NCBI GenBank assembly: GCA_918797485.1
Contig: CAKKNE010000001.1
Location: forward strand, 3,162,001-3,226,000
DNA: 64,000 nt
Source: Pelagomonas calceolata
Lineage: Eukaryota
Reading direction: 5' to 3'
The notes below the pieces were generated by a model. The model saw nothing but the letters and a program-made list of their open reading frames with translations, did not search any database and had not been told where the DNA came from. The translations under genes and the position numbers were made by a program. Of the stretch, positions 21,433 to 31,395 are shown piece after piece; position 1 is the first letter of the stretch, and the number at the start of each line of letters is the position of its first letter.

Positions 21433-22203
21433 ATTTTGTTCGCGGAGGCCGAGGCGAATAATTTGGGCGAAAAAATGGTTGAGGGGTGGGTGCGGTGGGA
21501 CAGGTGTAGCTTATGCGAGCAAAATTACTACGGCGTCGTGCGATGCGCGCTCGGGTGGGCGTGCTGGAAGACGTACGTCGGGCGGCCGGAGAGGGACGTG
21601 CCTCGGGTGAACGCGATGACGCAGCTTGGTAACGGTTTATTCCAGGCAAGCCACCACCAGGACGCATTGTCCGTGCAAGAGACCGCGTTGTCTATGCTGC
21701 GGCGCCTTGGCGCACCAGAACACCCCATTCTCACAGCGCAGAACAATCTTGCAGGCACGTATCAATTTCTCGGACGGCTTGAAGAGACTTTAAGCTTGCG
21801 GCAGGAAGTATACTCTGGATATTTGAAGCTCTCTAAGTATGGCGAAGAACATATGGAAACCCTCGTAGCAGCCAACAACTACGCGCTTTGCCTTATGACT
21901 CTAAAGCGCTTCGAAGAAGCCAGGGCACTGCTGCGCAAAACGGTCCGCGTGGCGCGACGAGCTCTCGGGAAGAGTGATCGGATCACGCTCACGATGAGTA
22001 AGGTTTTCGCGGAGGCGTGCTACACGGACCCCGGCGCCACGCTCGACGATGTACGCGAGGCCGTGACGACGCTAGAGGACGCGGAACAGACCACGCGGCG
22101 CGTGCTTGGTGGCGCACACCCGCTCACACCGATAATTGAGCGCCATCTGCGGAATTCGCGAGCGGCGCTCCGCGCCCGCGAGACGCCTTCGGGGAATGCA
22201 TAA
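21433..22203 (+). CDS. TPR (kinesin-light-chain type) repeat protein, apparently 5'-truncated; possibly a pseudogene
   Basis: RWDRCSLCEQNYYGVVRCALGWACWKTY followed by TPR_10/12-like units (EHPILTAQNNLA, EEHMETLVAANNYA, LGGAHPLT); first in-frame ATG only at 21475. Confidence 0.65.
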   Translation: MLFAEAEANNLGEKMVEGWVRWDRCSLCEQNYYGVVRCALGWACWKTYVGRPERDVPRVNAMTQLGNGLFQASHHQDALSVQETALSMLRRLGAPEHPILTAQNNLAGTYQFLGRLEETLSLRQEVYSGYLKLSKYGEEHMETLVAANNYALCLMTLKRFEEARALLRKTVRVARRALGKSDRITLTMSKVFAEACYTDPGATLDDVREAVTTLEDAEQTTRRVLGGAHPLTPIIERHLRNSRAALRARETPSGNA

Positions 22204-22237
22204 GAACGTTCTCCCACACACTAAACTTACACAAAGA

Positions 22238-23092
22238 CTATCGCCGCCGCAGCCGCAGGAACCGCCCCGCCGGCCGCTCCAGCAGGTCCGCGTCGCCGCG
22301 GCCGACGAGGTCGCGCACGTGGAAGGCCTGGCCCAGCGGCGATCTTTCGAGCGACGGCACGCTCCGCGACACGTCGACCTCCTTGTACTTGGCGCGCTGG
22401 AGCGAGTTTAGGAGAGCCTCGCGGCCGGCCAGGACGTCGCGCGCGAAGTCGCCGCCCTGCGGCACGGCGAACCAGTAGGCGTCCTCGCCGCCGCCGCCGC
22501 GCCGCGGCCGGAGGAAGCCCAGGCGCCGCAGATCATCTAAAGCCGCCCGCTTCTCCCTTTCATTATCACCTTCGAGGCACCCCGCCTTGTCTAGTTCTTC
22601 TCGAGTACAATACAACTTGGCCGCATTCCTCAAAGCGAAGTCCGCGAAGGCCGCCTTCTCACTCAACAGGGCGCGGTACTCGTCGCCATCGAGCACGGCG
22701 ACGTCTGCCGATGACGTGGGGAGCTGGAGGTAGGTGATCTTGCCCTCTTGTGCAAGTTTCCTTAGCTCCCTTTCTGCTTTCCCTCGATCCTTCAGCACGC
22801 CGGGCACGTGGGATACCAAAACTAAGGAAGGCGGCTGCCGCGGCTTCAGGAAGTCCAGGGCCACTTCGGCGTCCGTCGGCAGGTGGTCGGGGTCGAACTC
22901 CCAGCCGTCGTCGGCGACCGGTTCTTCGACGCGCGGGCGCTTCCGCGCCTGCTCGTCTTGATGCGAGCGGATGAAGCCGCCCTCGTCGGTTTCTCTGCGT
23001 CTCAGTCGCTCGATCTCGATCAGCGGTCGCCGGTTCGACCACTGCGGCTTCTGCGAGCCGCCGGCCTTCTTGGCACAGCGGCGGCGTTCCAT
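22238..23092 (-). CDS. STK19: STK19-like winged-helix protein
   Basis: LPTDAEVALDFL, DR...EREL..L...G, YWFAVP.GG.F...V..GR..LL..L.RAKYKE, FHVRDLVG. Confidence 0.75.
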   Translation of the reverse strand: MERRRCAKKAGGSQKPQWSNRRPLIEIERLRRRETDEGGFIRSHQDEQARKRPRVEEPVADDGWEFDPDHLPTDAEVALDFLKPRQPPSLVLVSHVPGVLKDRGKAERELRKLAQEGKITYLQLPTSSADVAVLDGDEYRALLSEKAAFADFALRNAAKLYCTREELDKAGCLEGDNEREKRAALDDLRRLGFLRPRRGGGGEDAYWFAVPQGGDFARDVLAGREALLNSLQRAKYKEVDVSRSVPSLERSPLGQAFHVRDLVGRGDADLLERPAGRFLRLRRR

Positions 23093-23311
23093 TGTGTTTC
23101 GCTCGCTCTGGTCCCGGCACCACGCGCCGCGGCGACACAAGTGGTGCTGTCACCAGCTTGAGGCTGCACACCAGCTAGAATGCCGTAACCAGCCGCAGCG
23201 ATGGAGGAGCGCGCGGAGATCAACGTGAACGCTTTGGAAAACGACCGAAAACAAGCTCAGAGCACGCCTACAGCCGCACGAGCATCTCTGCGTAGTTTTT
23301 GCACTTGTCCA

Positions 23312-23334
23312 GCTAGCGGTTGTAAGACACTAGC
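23312..23334. promoter_or_regulatory. Representative copy of the recurrent bipartite 5'-flank motif GCTAGC-N-TAAGACACTAG
   Basis: About 11 copies, all intergenic and upstream of a start codon (see findings). The regulatory function is inferred. Confidence 0.6.
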
Positions 23335-23340
23335 AATCTT

Positions 23341-23470
23341 GCCGGACGGGTGGGCCCGGGGGGAGCGGGAGGGGTACGGGGAACCCTGCGACGTAACTAG
23401 CCTCAGCCTCAGCCTCTTGCCTCAGCCTCTTTGAACCCTGCGACGTAACTAGCCTCAGCCTCAGCCTCTT
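23341..23470. repeat. G-rich dispersed repeat (shared with 45755-45827) plus local 38-bp direct duplication
   Basis: 41 bp (23341-23381) identical to 45755-45795; GAACCCTGCGACGTAACTAGCCTCAGCCTCAGCCTCTT at 23381-23418 and 23433-23470. Confidence 0.9.
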
Positions 23471-23559
23471 TTTCCACGCGTGGACAATGGATCGACGACA
23501 CAGACGAAGAGGAAGACCCTTATGTATAGAGTACGCGCAAAAACGGCGAATAGACGAAA

Positions 23560-25146
23560 CTATTCGGCGGTCAGGTACGAGAGCGGGACGAGGCCCTTCG
23601 CGCCGTCGGCCTCGCGGACGACCTCGACCCAGCCGAGGCCGTCGTCTTCCGTCGTGACGGTGACGCGGTCGCCGGCCGCGCAGGCGAGCTGCCAGTCCTC
23701 CGACGGGACGAAGGCGGCCGCGACGACGCGGACCTGGCCGGCGGGCGTGGGCGCCTGCTCGGCCGGCGGCGCGGCGCGCGGCGGCGGCGGCGGCGGGCGC
23801 CAGCCGGCGGGCCGCTCCGGCTTGGCGGCCGGCAGCGGCGCCGGCCGAGGCGCGGGCGGCGGCGCCGGCGCGGGCCCTGGCGGCGCCGTGGGCGGCGGCG
23901 CCGCGACGTCGCCGGCGAAGCTCTGGTCCTCCCAGGACGAAAGCGCGGGCGGCGGCGCGGGCGCGGGCGCGGGCGGCGACTTGGGCACGGCCGGCAGCGG
24001 CACGTCGCCCGCCGGCACGGCGGTGGCCATGGGCACCTCCGGCACCGCGACGGCCCGCGTCATCTCCGTGTCACTACGCGTGTCACGGTTCCGGTTTCTT
24101 ACAAAAATCTCGGGCCAGATCTTCTGGGCCCGCCGCGCGTGCAAAACCAAAGAAACCAGCGAGAAGACCGAGAGCACCATGGCCAGCGCTGAGAAGCCGG
24201 CATAACTTTGGTAGAAGACGAGCTTGAGGAGGAGCATGACCGCGTCCTGGCCGGCCCTGACCAAACTCGCCTTGGAGTAGCGCGCCGTGGGAAAGCCCTC
24301 GTGCGCGCGGTCGGGCCACGGCAGCGCGAGCGCCAATCCATCTAAAGCAGGCAGCGAAAAAAATAGCGCTAATGCGACAACGGCCTTGTTGCACTTCGTG
24401 AGCTTGGTCAAATCCGCACGGTAGAGCCAGGCGTCCAGGATCGCAATTACGTGGACGACGAGCGGCGCGCAGATGACGCCCACGCACACGAGCCACATCG
24501 TGTTGTTGAGCTTGCGTTTTATTAATATGGACATGGCCGCGTCGCCGCACAGGTTGAAGACGGCCAGGAGCACGACGAGCAAGTTCTCGCCGACGACGTC
24601 GTAGGGCGCGGCGCCGCGGGCGCAGGCGGCGCCGGCCAGCGTCGCGAGGGCGAGCGACCCGAGGACGAAAAAGGCCACAAAGTCCATAACGGCCGCGGAG
24701 GCGGCGTCGGGCTCGTCCTTCTTCTTGCCCTTTCCAAAACCGCAGGTGATGCCGCAGCCAGCGAACGCGCAGCCGTACCAGGCCTCGAGTTCGGCGATGC
24801 ACCCGCCGTTGCACTCCGCGGACCACGTCGCGCAGCTCTCGGCGATCTCGGGTTCCGCCTGGATCTCCTCGCAGGTGTCTTGCGCAAAGAAATAGTCCGG
24901 GTTGTCTTCCATGAATCCATTGCAGTGGTCCTCGCCGCACTGCCGGAGCCCATCCCAGTAGGACTGCCAGGCGATCACGTAGTCGGCATACTCGTCGGAC
25001 GCGAGGTACGCCCGCAATCTTTCGTCGTCGTCGGCGTACAACTCCGCGTTTGTGTCCCACCAGGTAGTCACCCCCGCACGGGCGGCCGCGCAGGAGTTGG
25101 CTGCGGCCCGCGTGAGGAGCAGCAGAAGCAAGTGGGGCGGACGCAT
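23560..25146 (-). CDS. Signal peptide + Cys-rich ectodomain + multipass TM + Pro-rich tail + C-terminal SH3 domain
   Basis: MRPPHLLLLLLTRAAA; Cys-rich N-terminal region; several hydrophobic helices; AAFVPSEDWQLACAAGDRVTV...GWVEV...GAKGLVPLSYL. Confidence 0.8.
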   Translation of the reverse strand: MRPPHLLLLLLTRAAANSCAAARAGVTTWWDTNAELYADDDERLRAYLASDEYADYVIAWQSYWDGLRQCGEDHCNGFMEDNPDYFFAQDTCEEIQAEPEIAESCATWSAECNGGCIAELEAWYGCAFAGCGITCGFGKGKKKDEPDAASAAVMDFVAFFVLGSLALATLAGAACARGAAPYDVVGENLLVVLLAVFNLCGDAAMSILIKRKLNNTMWLVCVGVICAPLVVHVIAILDAWLYRADLTKLTKCNKAVVALALFFSLPALDGLALALPWPDRAHEGFPTARYSKASLVRAGQDAVMLLLKLVFYQSYAGFSALAMVLSVFSLVSLVLHARRAQKIWPEIFVRNRNRDTRSDTEMTRAVAVPEVPMATAVPAGDVPLPAVPKSPPAPAPAPPPALSSWEDQSFAGDVAAPPPTAPPGPAPAPPPAPRPAPLPAAKPERPAGWRPPPPPPRAAPPAEQAPTPAGQVRVVAAAFVPSEDWQLACAAGDRVTVTTEDDGLGWVEVVREADGAKGLVPLSYLTAE

Positions 25147-25410
25147 CGTGGGCTGCCCTGCACGCCTTGGGCAGCAGGTTTCCCGGAAATTGCTAGTGTC
25201 TTACGACGCTAGCTAACGTGAAGCGGCGCCTCCGCCAGCCCAAGACAGAGGCGATCTGGCACACCTCGGGGCCGGCGCCTGCCTTTCTGACACGAGGGAT
25301 TACGACGCGAGATCGCCCGGCGAGCAAGCCACTCAAATCCCTGTGAGCAATTTAAAGATTTTTAAATTTGCCTTGCTTAGAGCCACCTACCCGCCGAGTC
25401 GAAAAAAACC

Positions 25411-26241
25411 ATGGGCGCCTCGCTCTCCAACCCGCATTTCTTGGCCTTTGCCGATCACTACAACGACGCGCAAGCCGCGGGTCGCGCGCCAATGACTTGG
25501 CGCCAGTTCCTGGACACGCGAGTGCTCGGGCCCGGCGACGACGAGGCCGAGCTCCGCTCCTGGGACATGGATGCTCACGTCGCAGAGGCGGCGGCGCAAA
25601 GACGCGCGTCCTCTATCGCGGATGGCCTACTGGATGGCAACCCGGATGCCATGGCGAGGTTCGCCGCAGAACTCATGCGAGGTCCCCCGAGCCAGCGACG
25701 TCTCGGCGGCCGCCCAGTCGCCGCACCGCGCCAGGCCCCCGCACGGCGCGCCACGGCCCCCGCGCGCCCGGTCCGGTCGCCGCCGCGGTCCAGCTCCGGC
25801 ACCGTCGCGAGCCTCGAGGCGCGGCTCGCGAGCAAGGAGGCCGACATCGACGTGTTGAAGGCCCAAGTGCAGTCGCTCAACATGGCGCTCGAGGAGTCCC
25901 GGCAGCAAGCGTCGACGGGCGTCGCCGCGTCGCTCGAGGCGCTCGAGCCGCGGACGCTCGCGGCCTCCGAACTCGCGGCCCTCCGCGCCGCGCTCCCGCG
26001 CGCGGTCAGCGCTGTCGAGACCGAGGTGTCGCGGCGCCTCGTCGCCGCCGAGGCGACGCGTTCCGACGCTCAAGAGGTTCGCGAGGACGAGGCGCTTTGC
26101 GTATGTTGCCTCGACCGGCCGCGCGATATCGTCTTCCTGTCCTGCATGCACGTCGTCGTCTGCGAGCAGTGCGCGCCGCGGACGGCGTCCTGCCCGACGT
26201 GCCGCGTGCCGATCACGGAGAAGCGGCGCATCTTCCGCTAG
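25411..26241 (+). CDS. C3HC4 RING finger protein (IAP/RNF34-type C-terminal RING), putative E3 ligase
   Basis: CVCCLDRPRDIVFLSCMHVVVCEQCAPRTASCPTCR at the C-terminus after a coiled coil. Confidence 0.88.
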   Translation: MGASLSNPHFLAFADHYNDAQAAGRAPMTWRQFLDTRVLGPGDDEAELRSWDMDAHVAEAAAQRRASSIADGLLDGNPDAMARFAAELMRGPPSQRRLGGRPVAAPRQAPARRATAPARPVRSPPRSSSGTVASLEARLASKEADIDVLKAQVQSLNMALEESRQQASTGVAASLEALEPRTLAASELAALRAALPRAVSAVETEVSRRLVAAEATRSDAQEVREDEALCVCCLDRPRDIVFLSCMHVVVCEQCAPRTASCPTCRVPITEKRRIFR

Positions 26242-26300
26242 GCGACTAGTGCTAAGTTCGAGAGATCAAAATTATTACAAGTAGCCAAAAAAAAAAGGCG

Positions 26301-27851
26301 TCAACACCCGAGGCGCCCGCGCCGGTCGCGGCGCGATAACGCGTCTCTCCGTTCGCGCTCAACTGCCGCGTGCTTGAGCGCGACCGAGAACTCGCCAAGC
26401 GAGATCTTGCCGTCGTGGTCGCGGTCGACGGCCGCGAAGATGCGGTCGACGGCAGCTTCGGAGAACACGTCAGCCGGCAGGATCGTCTCCAGCGTCTTGA
26501 AGAGCTCGCCGCGGGCCACAAAACCATCATCGTCCCTATCAAAAAACCGGAACGCGAGGCGTGCCGCGGCATCGACGCCCGCGGACCGCTCGAGCGCCGC
26601 CGTGTGCGCGTGGTGCAGGAACAGGTGCGGCCGCTCGGCGTCGCGCGGGACGTCGATGGCGTCCCGCAATTTATCGACGTCGCCCTCCGCGCACAGGCCG
26701 TTTTTATAGGCGTTCCGCGCCGTCTCCGCCGCCCCGCGACCGCCTAATGCTTCGAAGGCCAGCGCAACCTCGCCGCAGAGCAGCGGCCGCGGCACCGTCG
26801 CCCCGAGGATGTCTCTTACCACGCGCCGCGCGCAGAACAACGCTCGTCGCATCCGATCCGCGAATTTGAACGAGCCGATGACCGGCAGATGGTCGGAGGG
26901 ATGCGTCGCGTCGGGGATGCAGGCCTCTTCCTCTAACGGGGGCGGCGCCCTGTCATCATCAATGGGCTCGAGCAACCCGTTGTCCGAGAAGACGACGTAG
27001 TCGATCCGCGACTTCCGCCGCATCGTCTGCGAGGTCACGGGCGACGGCACCTCATTCGAGGCGAAGAGTAGGGGGTGCACGTCCAAATCCCGCAACCCAC
27101 AGACCGCACCCGCGACGGCCGTGACCTCCTGGAGCGACTCGGCGTTCAGGTCGCCGGCCACGATGGCCGGCACCTCCGCCGTGTCTATATTTTGTTCCTT
27201 GTAGAACGTGTGGAGCTCGCGCATGAGCTGGGCCACCTGTCGGAGGCGCACGCCCTGCTGTTGTAACGATTCGGGGTTCCTCGCGAGATGCGTCGACACG
27301 AACACGAAGCGCTCGCCCGTATCATTCCGTCGCAAGACGCCCATGAGCGCCGCGCGGTCGTGGTCGTCGTACGATATAGTTTTATGAGCGTCGAGCGCCC
27401 AGTCCCGCTCCCGGAACCCGAGGCAGCACCCATCCGGCGCCGACGCCCGCGGCCGCTTGTGCCACACGGACCCGTAGCCCAATTCCTCGAGCCGCCCCCG
27501 CCAGAACGCCTCGTACTCGTCGCACTCGACCAGACTGAAGACGTCGGGGTCCGCTTCTCGAATCACGTCCAGCAACCGCGGCGCGCGGCGCTCGAAGGGG
27601 AAGTCGCGTTCATTTCGTCGCTCGACGGCCTCGAGCTCCTTCGCCGTGAGGATGCCCTCCGCATATTTGGGCCAGCCCGCGTACGCGTAGCTGCCGTCCG
27701 GCCGCCGCGCCGCGTGCCGCGCGAGGATGGCCCGCGCGCGGTCCTCGTCGCCTTCCGTTCGCAGGCCGTCGTAGAGGAACCATGGTTCCATGTTTCTCGC
27801 ATACCTTTTCGCCAGCACGTTGTACTGCATGATGCGGAAGCGGGCTGCCAT
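26301..27851 (-). CDS. EEP-family (CCR4/nocturnin-like) phosphohydrolase with two C-terminal EF-hands
   Basis: MQYNVLA, PDVFSLVECD, STHL, AGDLNA, IDYV, HPSDHLP; EF loops DRDDDGFVARGE and DRDHDGKISLGE. Confidence 0.88.
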   Translation of the reverse strand: MAARFRIMQYNVLAKRYARNMEPWFLYDGLRTEGDEDRARAILARHAARRPDGSYAYAGWPKYAEGILTAKELEAVERRNERDFPFERRAPRLLDVIREADPDVFSLVECDEYEAFWRGRLEELGYGSVWHKRPRASAPDGCCLGFRERDWALDAHKTISYDDHDRAALMGVLRRNDTGERFVFVSTHLARNPESLQQQGVRLRQVAQLMRELHTFYKEQNIDTAEVPAIVAGDLNAESLQEVTAVAGAVCGLRDLDVHPLLFASNEVPSPVTSQTMRRKSRIDYVVFSDNGLLEPIDDDRAPPPLEEEACIPDATHPSDHLPVIGSFKFADRMRRALFCARRVVRDILGATVPRPLLCGEVALAFEALGGRGAAETARNAYKNGLCAEGDVDKLRDAIDVPRDAERPHLFLHHAHTAALERSAGVDAAARLAFRFFDRDDDGFVARGELFKTLETILPADVFSEAAVDRIFAAVDRDHDGKISLGEFSVALKHAAVERERRDALSRRDRRGRLGC

Positions 27852-28349
27852 TTTCGATGGCTTGGATTTTGCTGGATTTTGCTGCGTCTGCCAGGGAGCG
27901 TGGGCTGGCGTGTCTCACCGCTCCGTGGGCTGGTCTAAGTTATTATTGTGGTCACAGTGTTACACGGCAGCTTTTGCTGAATATATACGACCTTCACACG
28001 TTCTGAGGTGGCAAAAATGGCAGGAATCCCTGGCAAAAAAGCCTCTCTGCTTCGGCTGGCTAGTGTCTTACAGGCCGCTAGCTCAACTCCGCCTTAAAGC
28101 TCGAGGTAGAGTTATAAGAGGCTATTATAAAATTGCCGAGGCGCCTTCGCATCGACGGAAGTATGCTGTTATGAATCAAGCCCGATGGCGTCTTCCCTCC
28201 CGCGCTCCGTCCAGCCCGGGGACTAGCACCGTAACAATATAGGGGCCCGGGGACCTCAGGCTCGGACTAGCCAGCGTCCGCGCCCGCCGCCGCCGCGACG
28301 ACAAGTACGAAAAATGTCGAAATTAAAGACGTGGAGGAAGCGGGGATAA

Positions 28350-29351
28350 CTAGTAACCGTAATCTTGGACGGGCGGCATCTGCGGCGGCGACACCGGCGG
28401 CATCTGCGGCGGCGAGCCGGGCGCGGCGCCGCCCGGGCTCACGGCGGGCGAACCGCCCGCATCGAAGGAGGCGGTGCCCATCGCCGGCTCCGTCGAGTTC
28501 CGCACGGGCTGCGGCGCCGCCATCGCCGGCGCGTCGACCTCCCGCGTGGACTGCACACGGGCAGCAGCGGGCGCCACGGGCGCGTCGGCGCCCCGGGGCG
28601 TGACGGCGTTCTCCGAGGCCTCGGTGTAGCCGTTCTTCGTGCGCTCCCAGGCCCGCGCGTAGGCGCGGTAGTCGCTCTCCATGTAGATGCACATTTCTAT
28701 ATATTCAATCATGTCCACGTACGTGCTTCGGTGCGGGTCCTCGGCCGCGTCCGCGCCGAACGTCATGTTGATGGCCCCGAGCAGGGCCTGGGCCGTGAGC
28801 TCGGGCATGCGATTCTGCAGACTGCCCGAGAAGATGCCCGCCGAGATGGGCACCAACCGCAGCTTCTTGCGGCCGTACTTCGAGGCCAGGGCCAAAATCT
28901 TGGCATATAAACCACCTAGTAGATCAACAACCGCATCCTCATCTACATCAGAGCCGCTGCCCCAGGGCCCCGGGCGTCTAAAATCATAACCCACGGCGTG
29001 GATCACGTGCTTCGACGTCGGGTACCCGTACCGGTGGTAGGCACACGAGCCCTCGCCTTTAATTTCGGCCTTGACCTGCTGGGCGAAGCTCGGATCCGTT
29101 TTTATGTTCAGGAATTGATAAATGGCCCCGGCAGCACCCCCCGCATGCTGCGGGCCGCTCCGGTGGACGAAGTCCGCGTTGCACGGGTCGATGATGACCG
29201 TGTCGCCATCCGGCAGCTCGCTCCCCTTCACTTCATAACGGCCCTCGCGCCGCATGCCCAGGACGCCGTAGTGCTCGATGCGCACCTTGTCCTTGACCTT
29301 GTCGGCGAGCGTCGGCGGCGGCGCCTTGTCCTTGCTGGGGCCGCAGCCCAT
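28350..29351 (-). CDS. Macro-domain protein with predicted N-myristoylation/palmitoylation
   Basis: N-terminal MGCGPSK; GGAAGAIY, HVIHAVG, LVPISAGIFSG. Confidence 0.8.
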   Translation of the reverse strand: MGCGPSKDKAPPPTLADKVKDKVRIEHYGVLGMRREGRYEVKGSELPDGDTVIIDPCNADFVHRSGPQHAGGAAGAIYQFLNIKTDPSFAQQVKAEIKGEGSCAYHRYGYPTSKHVIHAVGYDFRRPGPWGSGSDVDEDAVVDLLGGLYAKILALASKYGRKKLRLVPISAGIFSGSLQNRMPELTAQALLGAINMTFGADAAEDPHRSTYVDMIEYIEMCIYMESDYRAYARAWERTKNGYTEASENAVTPRGADAPVAPAAARVQSTREVDAPAMAAPQPVRNSTEPAMGTASFDAGGSPAVSPGGAAPGSPPQMPPVSPPQMPPVQDYGY

Positions 29352-29711
29352 TTTTTTTTGGGTGGTCGATGTGGCTGCCCTTTGCTGGCTTTTTTTTCGG
29401 GGAGGCTGCGGCGCGGGCTCTGCCGAGGTGCGGTCTATGCAGCGGGCAGCCGCTTTTTGGGCTCGCAGCCCAAATAATTGCCTGAAAAGCTTGGAGAGGA
29501 GGTAGGCTGTACGCCTAGATAGGGGAGTTGTGCGTACGTCAAAATGTTTAAGCGTCTGGAGGCTTCCGCGGCCGCGCGAAGGGTCCGCTGCAGGCGTCTT
29601 TGGAGCGATGCTCTCGCTGGTTTAAAAACCCTCTAGCCTCCGGCTGGCGCAAGCAAGCAATTGGCGCGTCGCTGCGATACATACGCCCAAACGCACCCCC
29701 AGACACTAAAA

Positions 29712-31167
29712 ATGGCTCGTATCGCGGCCATCGCCCTCTGCTGTTCCAGCGCCGCGGCGCTCTCCTCGCCGGCGGCGGGCCTGCAGGCCCAGACGGCGGC
29801 GCCGGCGCGCGCCGCCGTCGCCGCGGCGCCGGAGCCGTTCCTCAAGGACTTCACGCGGCCCATGTGCCTACCAGCGTCCCACAGACAGCCCTCCGTCGTT
29901 TCTACGGGCCGCCGGCACCCCAGGATGAAGACGGTCAGGAAATTTCGTCGGCCGGAGAAAACAGCAGGCCTCTGACTCACTTCCCTAACACAGGTCCATC
30001 CCGGAGGAGGGCATCGCCGCCGCCGTCGAGGTCATGCGCGGCGGCCGCCTCTTCCGCTACTGCGCGACGTCGGCCGAGACGTCGCAGGTCGCCCAGGCCG
30101 AGAAGGAGTTCGCCGCGATGGTGAACCAGAAGTACGCCCTGGGCGTGAACTCGTGCTCGTCGGCGATCATGCTCGCGCTCATGGCCGTGGGCGTCGAGCC
30201 CGGCGACCAGGTCATCACGAACGGGTTTACCTTTACCGCTTTACCGTCGACGATCATGCGCCTCGGCGCCGAGCCGGTGCTCGTGGAGGCCACGAAGTCC
30301 TGGATCATGGACTTGGACGACCTCGAGAAGAAGATCGCGGCGTTCCCGGACGCGAAGGTTTTGTTGTTGTCGCACATGCGCGGCAAAGTGGCGGACATGG
30401 ACCGCGTCGTCGAGATCTGCGAGAAGAACGGCATCACGCTCGTCGAGGACTGCGCCCACTCCTGCGGCGTCACGTGGCGGGGCAAGCAGCTCGGCTACCA
30501 CGCGAAGGTGACGGCCTACTCGACGCAGTCGGACAAGGTCATTAATTCTGGAGAGGGCGGCTTCGTGACGACGGACGACGACGAGATCGCGGCGAAGATG
30601 ATCTACCTCTCGGGCTGCTACGAGCGCCGCTACGGCAAGCACGCGGTCCGGCCGCCGGACGACCTCTGCGAGGTCGCCATGGCCGAGATGCCCAACTTAA
30701 GCTGCCGCATGAACGAGGTCACGGCCGCGGTCATGCGCCCGCTCATCAAGAACCTGCCGCAGCGCGTCGAGGCCTACAACCGCCGCTACGACGCCGTCGT
30801 CAAGGTGCTGCGCGAGGAGGCCGGCGACGTCATCGTCGTGCCGACCCAGGACGAAAGAGTGGGCACGGTCGGCGACCACCTCAACTTCTACCTCACGGGC
30901 GTGACGGACGAGCAGAACGCGCTCTTCCGCCAGACGTGCGTCGCCATGGGCGTGCCCGTCTCCTGGTTCCAGTCCAAGGTCAACGCGCGCTGGCACGTGA
31001 ACTGGCGCAAGTACGGCTCGCCGACCTTCGACCTCCCGAACACGGACGAGGTCCTCCGCTTCGCCTACGACCTCAAGATGCCGCCGTACTTCGACGACGA
31101 GGACTTCCCGGCCTTCGCCAAGGTCATCGCGTATGCCTCGAACGTCGCGGCCGGCAAGATCGAGTAG
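29712..31167 (+). CDS. DegT/DnrJ/EryC1/StrS-family PLP aminotransferase with signal/transit presequence; exons 29712-29863 and 29994-31167
   Basis: VNSCSSA, VEDCAHS, YSTQSDKVINSGEGG (PLP Lys). The 130-nt GT-AG intron restores FTRPMSIPEEGIAAAVEVMRGGRLFRY. Confidence 0.9.
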
Positions 31168-31395
31168 ACGCCGGCTGGCGTCGCCCGTTCGGAACCCCCC
31201 ACCATGCGGAGGCCCTCTATGCGGCCCCTCCGTCCCCTTTTCCGAAACGCGCTGCCCATATCCCGTCGAACGTTATAAAAAGAACTATGTGACATCAGCC
31301 TGTCTGCCATTCTGTCGGCGCGGGACCAGGGTGGGGCTGCCGCAGTTGTGAGAGCAACCTGCCAACGCAGCCCAATACGTCGAGCGCGACGATAA

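Noticed and set aside
23381..23470. 38-bp direct repeats as a CRISPR array
   Set aside because: Only two copies, the spacer is derived from the repeat, there are no cas genes, and the context is eukaryotic.
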